A stretch of 53,277 nt of DNA, from IMG/VR virus record IMGVR_UViG_3300025815_002696, positions 1-53,277 of that record; one strand, given 5' to 3'. Shown in pieces: positions 9,023-16,951 of the stretch (positions within the stretch are counted from its first letter, which is position 1; each line of letters begins with the position of its first letter). The notes under the pieces were generated by a model, which was given only the letters and a program-made list of their open reading frames with translations, ran no database searches and was not told the origin of the DNA. The stretch comes from a virus (lineage: Duplodnaviria > Caudoviricetes). The position numbers were made by a program, and so were the translations under genes.

Positions 9023-10178
9023 AGTCTTCAAGTCCTTTCTGTACTTTGGTTAATGAATCTCTGTTTGCTTGATATAGTATTCCGTATCCACCTGCGGCCT
9101 GCCATTTCTGTATGTTGATTGGCCTGTCGTCAATCAGAATGTTTGGTGTGCCTGTTCCTTTGTTCTTAGCATAGGTTTCTTTCCTGCCTGTGACAACTAT
9201 TTCGTCTGGTTGTTCAATGTTGTTCTGTATCCATATTTTTTTATACTTTGCTGAATTCTCATGGTCACCTCTCAATGGTGACGTGTTTATGCTAAAGTTT
9301 CCACCTGTGAATTTCTTCACCATTTCTATCAGTGCGTCTGCTGTTGGGAATTTTGGTAGCACTGCGAAGAAGTCCGTGCCAGTGATCCTATCTATTACCT
9401 CTTTCTTGAGGTCCTTGGTCTTGTCATTGGTCAGTTGTTTCCAGTGTTCAACGCCATAGAGGAATTCAACACCGCCAAAGAAGTCTGCTAAGACCCCGTC
9501 CATGTCAAGATATACAATTGGCTTTGTGTCTGTCATATCTTCATTATACAACTTCTTGTTGTTCTCGTCAACCTTTTTACCAAACTGGTCCTGTATCTTG
9601 TCGTACAGCACTTTACCTTTGTCTCCGCCCATGATGATCTTGCTGAATTCGTGTTCCTGTCCCTTCATCGCGAGTTCTCTGGCCTTGGACGCACTGACTC
9701 CTGTGACATCATCCGCGTCTGGATCTCGTTGACCAGCACTGACTACATCTACACTATCAAATGTGTATTCAATATTTCCAGCCTTGGTTGGTTTACCATT
9801 GTACTGATTCAATAGGTTCTTGAATTGCATGACCCTGTCATCGCCTGCGACCATTATCACTTTGGTCCTACCTTCCTGCTCCAGCACCTTCATGACCTTG
9901 ATTATGGTGTTTGCCCTGATGTCACCAAAACTCAATTTTGGATCTGACTGGAAGTGTTGCCTCAGGTAACCTAATTTTGTTGTGAAGTCTATTGGGTCCT
10001 TTGCGGTACCGTCCGTGTGTGAAAGGAATATGTAGGCCTTGCCATTTACCTTGTCAGCGACCTGCTGTACTTTGTTTATTAATTTCTCGTGTCCGATTGT
10101 GGGTGGATTGAATCGGCCAAAGGCAAATACTGCTGTTGAACGATCGTCCTCCTTAAGAAACAGTTCCCTGAGGTACAT
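8997..10178 (-). CDS. Fusion of a cytidylyltransferase-like nucleotidyltransferase (N) and a HAD 5'(3')-nucleotidase-like phosphatase (C)
   Basis: FGRFNPPTIGH (HIGH-like) and SASKAR; then VYLDMDGVLADF (HAD motif I) and ILIDDR. Confidence 0.85.
   Translation of the reverse strand: MYLRELFLKEDDRSTAVFAFGRFNPPTIGHEKLINKVQQVADKVNGKAYIFLSHTDGTAKDPIDFTTKLGYLRQHFQSDPKLSFGDIRANTIIKVMKVLEQEGRTKVIMVAGDDRVMQFKNLLNQYNGKPTKAGNIEYTFDSVDVVSAGQRDPDADDVTGVSASKARELAMKGQEHEFSKIIMGGDKGKVLYDKIQDQFGKKVDENNKKLYNEDMTDTKPIVYLDMDGVLADFFGGVEFLYGVEHWKQLTNDKTKDLKKEVIDRITGTDFFAVLPKFPTADALIEMVKKFTGGNFSINTSPLRGDHENSAKYKKIWIQNNIEQPDEIVVTGRKETYAKNKGTGTPNILIDDRPINIQKWQAAGGYGILYQANRDSLTKVQKGLEDYAKIQRDQ
9543..9571 (-). promoter_or_regulatory. 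Intragenic sigma70-like promoter for the phosphatase domain
   Basis: TTGACG-N17-TATAAT-N6-ATG(9536), in frame with the host ORF and just before the HAD domain. Confidence 0.7.
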
Positions 10179-10509
10179 CGTATTCGCCTTGTTTTATATT
10201 TTCTAGTTCTCTGTCTGATATGACTCTCGCAACCTGTTGTCTGGTCTCCTTTGGAAACATGTTGCTGACATCGTCTTGTGTTGATCCGAACTCTTTGACA
10301 TATTCCTTTGCGGCATCATCCACTAGATACATCCAGAGTTTCTGTGCTTTCTCATGGTCATACATATTCTTCTTCAGTTTCCTACGTATGTTGCTTATGA
10401 TGGGCATGAAACGTCTACGATACAAGTCCTCATTGTTCATGATGTAGGTATCCAGCTCGTTTACTGCGTCAGAGTCTATGTTTTCTGAAATGAATTGTGA
10501 TGCTCTCAT
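10153..10509 (-). CDS. Hypothetical protein with CTS-like N-terminus
   Basis: MRASQFISE start; TAAATA 7 nt upstream. Confidence 0.75.
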   Translation of the reverse strand: MRASQFISENIDSDAVNELDTYIMNNEDLYRRRFMPIISNIRRKLKKNMYDHEKAQKLWMYLVDDAAKEYVKEFGSTQDDVSNMFPKETRQQVARVISDRELENIKQGEYDVPQGTVS

Positions 10510-10522
10510 ACAAGCATATTTA

Positions 10523-11005
10523 TTAGTAAAGGTTATCTAAAAGCCACATGTAGAACGGTGATGAGAATGCTAACTTCCACTCTCCATCGTGTCCTATCTG
10601 CGTCACATTCTTGAATGAATGCCGTAGTTCAATACCGGCTTCACGTTGTTGTGTGGCCCATGGTTCTGGATATCGAGGGGTGTATATGCCTTCATAGATC
10701 AGTGCACCTATGTCTATCTCATCAATTTCTATGCTTTTGATGTGTAGCAGTTGGTCCTTTAAAATATCGCCTTTATCGTTGATCACGGTCTGATTCTTGC
10801 CCTTGCCTGACCTGTTGATTATCAAATTATAATCATTGTCCCCTTCTAGCTCATGTTTGAATTCTATGACGTCTGGCCTGTCTTCTGTGCCTGTTATATC
10901 ACCTTTGAAGTGGCTCTTGTTATCGATCATGATCTCCGCATGCGGTGGCCGATCCCACATAGTGGCGTACAATTCTAATTTAAATTTTAATTTTTCGGTT
11001 CCCAC
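10523..11005 (-). CDS. Hypothetical phage protein
   Basis: 160 aa, GTG start, ends FSSPFYMWLLDNLY. Confidence 0.7.
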   Translation of the reverse strand: MGTEKLKFKLELYATMWDRPPHAEIMIDNKSHFKGDITGTEDRPDVIEFKHELEGDNDYNLIINRSGKGKNQTVINDKGDILKDQLLHIKSIEIDEIDIGALIYEGIYTPRYPEPWATQQREAGIELRHSFKNVTQIGHDGEWKLAFSSPFYMWLLDNLY

Positions 11006-11181
11006 TGAAATTCCAATCCTGCTGTCCTACCTGTGTATGGGATATTTACGTCGTCCCTGAACATCTCTATGAATAACTGGGTTCCGGGCACCTGTACCTT
11101 CATGTACTTGTCCGTGCGTTCTAGTACCTCTGCCTCTTTTGTCCTGTCGTTGTTCGTGCATGTTATCGTTATTGTTTCCAT
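10987..11181 (-). CDS. Small hypothetical protein
   Basis: 64 aa; AAAGGA upstream; overlaps both neighbours. Confidence 0.6.
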   Translation of the reverse strand: METITITCTNNDRTKEAEVLERTDKYMKVQVPGTQLFIEMFRDDVNIPYTGRTAGLEFQWEPKN

Positions 11182-11513
11182 TTGTACATCCTTTCAAATT
11201 TTTCTGTGATCTCTGCTCTAGGTCCGCCCTGTGCCTCGAACTCATCTATGAACCTGTCTAGCAAGTTTGCCGCCAATCTCCTGTACTCCGGCAGTGCGTC
11301 CTCCATTAACGTCTTTATTGATGCCTGGGGTTCGGTCTCCACTATCGTTCCTATGGGCATGTGATCTATCCAACTGCCCGCCCGACACATTTCATTCTGA
11401 ATCTTGTGCAGTTCTGGCGTGGGCATGAACGTAGACATCATCCTACGAGACTCGTCAACGAGTATGCACATCAGAGTGCCAAAGTAATTCTCTTTGTATA
11501 TGTCTTTCTGCAT
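11169..11513 (-). CDS. Hypothetical protein
   Basis: 114 aa, TAATG-coupled to the subtilase gene. Confidence 0.65.
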   Translation of the reverse strand: MQKDIYKENYFGTLMCILVDESRRMMSTFMPTPELHKIQNEMCRAGSWIDHMPIGTIVETEPQASIKTLMEDALPEYRRLAANLLDRFIDEFEAQGGPRAEITEKFERMYKWKQ

Positions 11514-14500
11514 TATTTCTTGATTGGTACGAACATGTCTTTTTCAAGATCGTATACCAGTCCGTGTTTGGTTGCGTTGTCAACTTCCTTGCCCTGTGCG
11601 GCGTACAATGCCTTCATGTCTTTCTTAGTCCCATCCTCGTTGTAGCACTTGGGGTTCTTCCAGAAAAGGAATCCACATGCACCATTGAATTTCTTCACAT
11701 AGTTGAATGCAAGATTCACTCCATCCTTGCCGTCCTGTCCTGACACGTCCTGTCTGTACTCTGCACTGAAGTTGAACGTGGCATCTAGATCGTCTTCTGC
11801 TGTCTTGCTGTAGAAGAAGCCAAGGTTCTTCTCTTTTGTGCTCTGTGTGAGATCACTGTTGAAGTTCGTGTAGTTTATCGTGCCGTCTAGATTGACGCTT
11901 TCGGCTACTTCCAAGTCCATCGAACCCGATGTTACGTGACTTGGAAGTGAGAACGACCAACCGAAAGTTGTGTGCTTATCTTTGTGTATTTCATAAGCCA
12001 ACCTGTAAGATTCTGTTTTCACATCTGAGAAGCCTTTGATGATACTTCCGTCTGTTGTGTTGATGTCTGTTTTACCTTTTGTGTAGTCCAAGCTCAACAC
12101 GTTGTTGCCCAGTGCGTACTCGACACCTATGTTTCCAAAGTTTGTGTTGTTGTTATCACCCACTGCCAACGCACCATCTGAGGAGTTACCCAACCATGTC
12201 TCCTGTTCACTCATCTGTCCAATGCTTGTTTTCAGTTTGAAGTTTTTGTGTAGCATGAAGTTCTTACCCACGTTCACCGAGTAGTCACCATTGCCATTTT
12301 CACCGGTGTAAAATCCAAAGTTGTAGTTCTTGTCTAGGTCGTACTGTCCTCCCTGTGTGAACGTTCCATACATCTGCTGTGTTGGTAGGAATGTGTTGTT
12401 GTTTGCCATCAGCATGTCAATATCTGAATACTTCCTGTTGTCTTTGACTGTGAAGCCGCTACCTAGACTCATGTAGTAATCCCTGTCATAATCATCGATT
12501 ACCATTATCTTCAAGTTTGATAAACTTGCGAATGCACTCGTTGATCCTGTAGCGAAGTATGTGTTGTTGAGTGAAGTCAATGTGCCGTCGACTCTGCCAG
12601 TAGTCGGTATGCCTGTTGCACCTTGCGGTTTTGTGGCTTCGTCTAGATCTAGCATACCTTGTCCGTGTATGTTGACGTCATAATTATTGATTTCTTTGTC
12701 AGCAGTGTTCAAAACAAGTTTCACTAGATTCTCACCTTGCATGTGTGGCCACATCTGATGCAGTATGCCCATAGCACCTGTGACCTGAGGAGCCGCCATA
12801 CTTGATCCACCCATTGTTAGGTATCCGTCTCCAGCCGCACTCGAATAAACTGAATTACCTGGTGCTAGTATGTAGAAATCTGATGTTTTGTAGGTGTCAT
12901 TACAAGCATTGTTCACTATATTCAAACACACGTGACCTGCTTTACTGCCTACTACCTGTCCATCCGCCTTGGTGCCGCCCCAGTTACCAACAATAATCAT
13001 CTTGCCACCTAACACTAGATCGCCGTTGTTGTCCACCTCGGTCGCCCATATGCCTGGATCCAATGCGTAGTCATAATTCATTTCACCGTCTATGTATAGA
13101 CCATTACCGGCCGAGTTCACCAAAACTATGTCATTGTCTGTGCCAACTTTCCAGTATTGAGCACCACCACCGCTGTTCATCCTGTCAGTGATCTTTGGTG
13201 CAGAGTATGTGCCATCGCTCAGTTGCGTGACTGTGCCGTAATGAAAGTTTGGGTTCGCTCTGTTGAAACTCATGTTCACCGCGACAATGTTCATGTTCTC
13301 ACCACCTTGTTCAGTGGTGCTTTTCAATTTTGCGATGTCTTGCAGGGCCTGTGAGGCATAAGTCATGTGTGCATTACCATTACCGTAATAGTCAATGTTG
13401 GCACCAACAAGTTCAGCGTCAAAGGCCACTCCGTGGAATCCTGTGCCATCTCGTTTACCTGCAACAATACCTGCAACGTGTGTGCCGTGTGATTTATATT
13501 GTCCTTTGCTTTCAACTGTGTCATCTTTCCAAACATAGTCATTGTACCACTTGTATTTGCCGTCCAGTGCTTCGTGGTCGGTCTGTTGATATGAATCAAT
13601 AACACCCAATACCGCACCCTTACCTGTCCAACCTTTTGCATAGGCTTCGTCGGCATTTATGATCGACTTACTGGTATCCTTGTTGAATTCTGCTGTATGG
13701 AAGTCACTTGCGGTTGTGCTTAGGCCTGTTGTCTGCGTACCTAGGTCCTGGTCGTCATCTGTGTATGCACTGCTCTTCAGTGTCTTGCTGGCCTGTGCTA
13801 CGAAAACATCTTCGACGTCAGGCGTTAAGAATATGTTGGCCGTGACCACATTCTCCTTGACCGTTCTTTCAACTTCTTCGGTCTGTATGGTTTGCCAGTC
13901 TGTGTAAACTTTTGCCTGTGGTGTCTCTATGATCTCTGATGTGCCATCTTTGTATGTGACTTTCTTCCTTTTTGTTGTTATGGTCCATGTTCTTTTCTGT
14001 TTTGTTTTTGTATCTTTGTAGACCACGTTGTCCGAAGTAGTCCGCACTGCGGGTTTAGTCACCGTTGTTTTTCTCCAGTTGTCTACGATTACCCATATCT
14101 GGTTTTTTGTGCTTGTTGCTTCTGTTCTTGTTTTTGTGTAATCAACAGTCGCAGTTGATTCTGCTCCTGCCGAAACTTCTGGTTCATTTGCTGTGGTGCT
14201 TACGGTTGTTGTGACGGTGAGTATGCCATCAGTGCCATAAGCGGAATTCCATTCTGTTGTTGCATCACTCACAACGTCTGCAAGTGTCTCGGTGGTCACA
14301 ATGGGATTTGATCCTTCTTGGTACTGTACCACGTCTTCCACTTTGGGTGTAAGTTCTGTTCTTGTTTCTACTATGCTACAACTTGGTGTAGTCGAAGTAA
14401 CTGTACTGCCATCGGACGCTAATTTTGTTGTTTCGGTCCAAGTACAAGTTTTTGTTCTTACTACCTTTGTTTGTGGTGTAGTGACCTTAATAGTTCTTTT

Positions 14501-15199
14501 TTCCTTGCCGCCTTGTCCTTCTAGGGTCTCCCAGACAGAATCTGAGAAGTCCTCGACCGGAGTGCCATCTTCTGTTTGGTCATATGTAATTTCTGTTGAA
14601 GTTTTATCCTCAACTTTTTTAACTTGTTTCGATAATGCATACTCGACCGCACTGCCTTCTTTTTCTGCGGTGATGATTTCTTGTGCTTTGTCCTCTTTTG
14701 CAACTTTATTCAATTGTTCAACCGTGATTGTTTTACCTTCGGACACCCTTACTATGATAGGCTTTACATGGTCTCTCAGGTATTTCATGGCCGCATATGC
14801 TTCTTTGTATGAGTTGGAATTATAAATTCTGTATTTGTCAGCATCGCTCTGACTGTCTATCAATGCCTCTGATTGGTTCCAGAGTGCCTCTGCCTGTGAA
14901 AGTTGTGTCAGTAATGTGTTTGCTGTTGAGATGTCCTCCGCATCAGGTCCTGTGATTACCGCCTGCAGACCTCCAAAGTCACCACTTGAGATTGTTGAGT
15001 TGAAAGCCGATAATAAACTTGAATATGAACTTACGATAGAACTTGAACCTGATAAATTGGATAGATCATTTTGCACGAAGTCGTTGACCACACCTGGTGC
15101 ACCACCTCCGCCACCTCCACCACCACAGGCAGTCAGTGCCAATGCTGATGATAGTGCTAGTAATGTGTTCTTTAATTTTTTAGTTTTTCTCAGGATCAT
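11513..15199 (-). CDS. S8 subtilisin-like serine protease, predicted lipoprotein with a probable beta-rich (autotransporter-like) C-terminus
   Basis: Lipobox LALTAC followed by poly-Gly; catalytic motifs GVIDS, HGTHVAG, NSAGN, GSSMAAP; Thr-rich stalk; alternating aromatic/polar strands near the C-terminus. Confidence 0.85.
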   Translation of the reverse strand: MILRKTKKLKNTLLALSSALALTACGGGGGGGGAPGVVNDFVQNDLSNLSGSSSIVSSYSSLLSAFNSTISSGDFGGLQAVITGPDAEDISTANTLLTQLSQAEALWNQSEALIDSQSDADKYRIYNSNSYKEAYAAMKYLRDHVKPIIVRVSEGKTITVEQLNKVAKEDKAQEIITAEKEGSAVEYALSKQVKKVEDKTSTEITYDQTEDGTPVEDFSDSVWETLEGQGGKEKRTIKVTTPQTKVVRTKTCTWTETTKLASDGSTVTSTTPSCSIVETRTELTPKVEDVVQYQEGSNPIVTTETLADVVSDATTEWNSAYGTDGILTVTTTVSTTANEPEVSAGAESTATVDYTKTRTEATSTKNQIWVIVDNWRKTTVTKPAVRTTSDNVVYKDTKTKQKRTWTITTKRKKVTYKDGTSEIIETPQAKVYTDWQTIQTEEVERTVKENVVTANIFLTPDVEDVFVAQASKTLKSSAYTDDDQDLGTQTTGLSTTASDFHTAEFNKDTSKSIINADEAYAKGWTGKGAVLGVIDSYQQTDHEALDGKYKWYNDYVWKDDTVESKGQYKSHGTHVAGIVAGKRDGTGFHGVAFDAELVGANIDYYGNGNAHMTYASQALQDIAKLKSTTEQGGENMNIVAVNMSFNRANPNFHYGTVTQLSDGTYSAPKITDRMNSGGGAQYWKVGTDNDIVLVNSAGNGLYIDGEMNYDYALDPGIWATEVDNNGDLVLGGKMIIVGNWGGTKADGQVVGSKAGHVCLNIVNNACNDTYKTSDFYILAPGNSVYSSAAGDGYLTMGGSSMAAPQVTGAMGILHQMWPHMQGENLVKLVLNTADKEINNYDVNIHGQGMLDLDEATKPQGATGIPTTGRVDGTLTSLNNTYFATGSTSAFASLSNLKIMVIDDYDRDYYMSLGSGFTVKDNRKYSDIDMLMANNNTFLPTQQMYGTFTQGGQYDLDKNYNFGFYTGENGNGDYSVNVGKNFMLHKNFKLKTSIGQMSEQETWLGNSSDGALAVGDNNNTNFGNIGVEYALGNNVLSLDYTKGKTDINTTDGSIIKGFSDVKTESYRLAYEIHKDKHTTFGWSFSLPSHVTSGSMDLEVAESVNLDGTINYTNFNSDLTQSTKEKNLGFFYSKTAEDDLDATFNFSAEYRQDVSGQDGKDGVNLAFNYVKKFNGACGFLFWKNPKCYNEDGTKKDMKALYAAQGKEVDNATKHGLVYDLEKDMFVPIKK

Positions 15200-15381
15200 G
15201 ACAGCATACTCCCTGCAATGAAACCTCCCAATAAAAATGCGAAAAGGTATCTGGTTAAAATTGAGGATTTAGAGAATATCTTGTAGCCGTTTTCCCTAAG
15301 GCAAATAACATGGGCATCTATCGATTCCGCTGTTATATTCACATCAACTGTGTTGATCTGTTCTATGTCTTTGTCGTTCAT
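15196..15381 (-). CDS. Small membrane protein
   Basis: 61 aa with a hydrophobic C-terminus; directly follows a sigma70-like promoter. Confidence 0.6.
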   Translation of the reverse strand: MNDKDIEQINTVDVNITAESIDAHVICLRENGYKIFSKSSILTRYLFAFLLGGFIAGSMLS

Positions 15382-15387
15382 GTTATT

Positions 15388-15415
15388 AGTATAACACGGA
15401 ACAGGTATCTGTCAA
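15388..15415 (-). promoter_or_regulatory. Sigma70-like promoter for the subtilase operon
   Basis: TTGACA-N16-TATACT (with TGn extension), then 6 nt to ATG. Confidence 0.7.
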
Positions 15416-15456
15416 CTGAAGTTGATCTTACAAAAACCTAGTGTTTATGCGACTTT

Positions 15457-16032
15457 TTAATTGTTCAATAGTACGGAACTGATGGTTCCTGCTGTGACTG
15501 AAGTGGCTTTTGCCCTTACCCACACAAAATTACCTGTGAAATTGGCGGTTGAAATCAGGGTGCTTTGATCTGCCGTGAAGGTTGAACCGGATATGTCAAA
15601 CCAATCATCTTCTGTTGGTGTTGTTGCCAGTGAACCCTGCATCTTGATCGAGCCTGTCATTGTTGAATTAACTTGGTATGCCACGGTGTGTACTCCATCT
15701 GGTTGAGAATAGTACCCATCGCCTTTGCTTTTGTCTGACACGAAACCTGTGTGATCTAGTGTTGTGGTAGTGGAACCATCTGATGTTTCTGTGGTCACTA
15801 TCTCTTCCACCACAAGTTCTGTTGCTGAAGTCACTGTTTTCACGGTAAACGTTGAATTGTTATTTGTCGTTCCGGTAACTGTGATCAAATCTCTGACAGC
15901 GAATCCACTTAATGTAGTGCTGGTAGATGTGATTTTGTATTCCGTGCCTGTGGCAGTGAAACTAATATCTGTACCTGATACGTTTGCTATATGCGATTTT
16001 GACGCTAGTAGTGTGGTGCTTGTCTGTGCCAT
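15457..16032 (-). CDS. Putative virion structural protein
   Basis: Thr/Ser-rich, beta-strand-like 191 aa; TAAATA 6 nt upstream. Confidence 0.6.
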   Translation of the reverse strand: MAQTSTTLLASKSHIANVSGTDISFTATGTEYKITSTSTTLSGFAVRDLITVTGTTNNNSTFTVKTVTSATELVVEEIVTTETSDGSTTTTLDHTGFVSDKSKGDGYYSQPDGVHTVAYQVNSTMTGSIKMQGSLATTPTEDDWFDISGSTFTADQSTLISTANFTGNFVWVRAKATSVTAGTISSVLLNN

Positions 16033-16041
16033 CGTTGTTAT

Positions 16042-16338
16042 TTATTCAGTATTTTTCCTTTTGAATCTTGCTGTTTTCGGACCAAGTCCATACACAGCGG
16101 CCAGTTCGTTAGGTTCCTGTCCGTCCACTGTCAGTACATTGATGTACTTGATCTTGTAGGCTTTGCCGTCTGCTTCACCCAGTTCCTCACATACACAATG
16201 ATCTTCATTCACTTTCCTCACTCTCAACAGGCTCCTTTTTATGACAGGAGATCCCATCCAGTTCTTTTGTATCATGCTTTCAACGATGCTCTGATCATTG
16301 AATATTTTGTTATCTCGTAGTTTTTTTATTGCTTCCAT
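16042..16338 (-). CDS. Hypothetical protein
   Basis: 98 aa; last gene of the dnaJ-clpA operon. Confidence 0.65.
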   Translation of the reverse strand: MEAIKKLRDNKIFNDQSIVESMIQKNWMGSPVIKRSLLRVRKVNEDHCVCEELGEADGKAYKIKYINVLTVDGQEPNELAAVYGLGPKTARFKRKNTE

Positions 16339-16951
16339 TTTTCACCTTTCTAAATTGAATTACTTTTTCTATTGCCTGCTGTGCCAACATGTATATCGGG
16401 GTCAGGAACTTCTCTTCTTTGACATAGAAGTAACCACCAAAGCAGTATGGAGACTTGTTCTCCAAGAAGTCTATGATGTTGTAGTTTGTCACCAAACAGT
16501 CATCAACGTTTCTCTCCAGGAACTCCCAAAGATTCTTCTTCTGTGCGTCCGTCATCAGTACCTGTGCATCTTTTTTTAAATAAACTTGATACTTGTACTT
16601 GCCGTGTGGCAGTCTAGTACAACCTACAGTGTCCTTGCCTAGGTCCTTGAACTTGGGATCAACGGTCTCTGAACCGATCCAGAAATCCCAGAAACGCTCT
16701 ATCAGTTCCTGTGACTTGTCCAGGTCCGAGTAGAATATGGTCTTCCTGTCCTGCATTCTGAACTTCACGTTTCTCCTGTTGGCCATTATGAAACTGGCCA
16801 GATGGTTCATATCTGGTAGGTCCTTGTAGTCGTTCTTCAACTTTGTAAGGTGCTCATCCGTTGTGGGATAGAACATTAGGCTACCAGGCAGTCGGAACAC
16901 AGTCTTGTGCCTGTACTTGCCGTAGTACAACTTATTGTGATTTTTTCTCAT
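16310..16951 (-). CDS. Hypothetical protein
   Basis: 213 aa; overlaps the clpA 3' end. Confidence 0.7.
   Translation of the reverse strand: MRKNHNKLYYGKYRHKTVFRLPGSLMFYPTTDEHLTKLKNDYKDLPDMNHLASFIMANRRNVKFRMQDRKTIFYSDLDKSQELIERFWDFWIGSETVDPKFKDLGKDTVGCTRLPHGKYKYQVYLKKDAQVLMTDAQKKNLWEFLERNVDDCLVTNYNIIDFLENKSPYCFGGYFYVKEEKFLTPIYMLAQQAIEKVIQFRKVKNGSNKKTTR

Noticed and set aside
15102-15125. Poly-Gly-coding repeat as a phase-variable tract
   Set aside because: The codons are mixed (GGT/GGA/GGC) and triplet-periodic; this is an ordinary linker after a lipobox.
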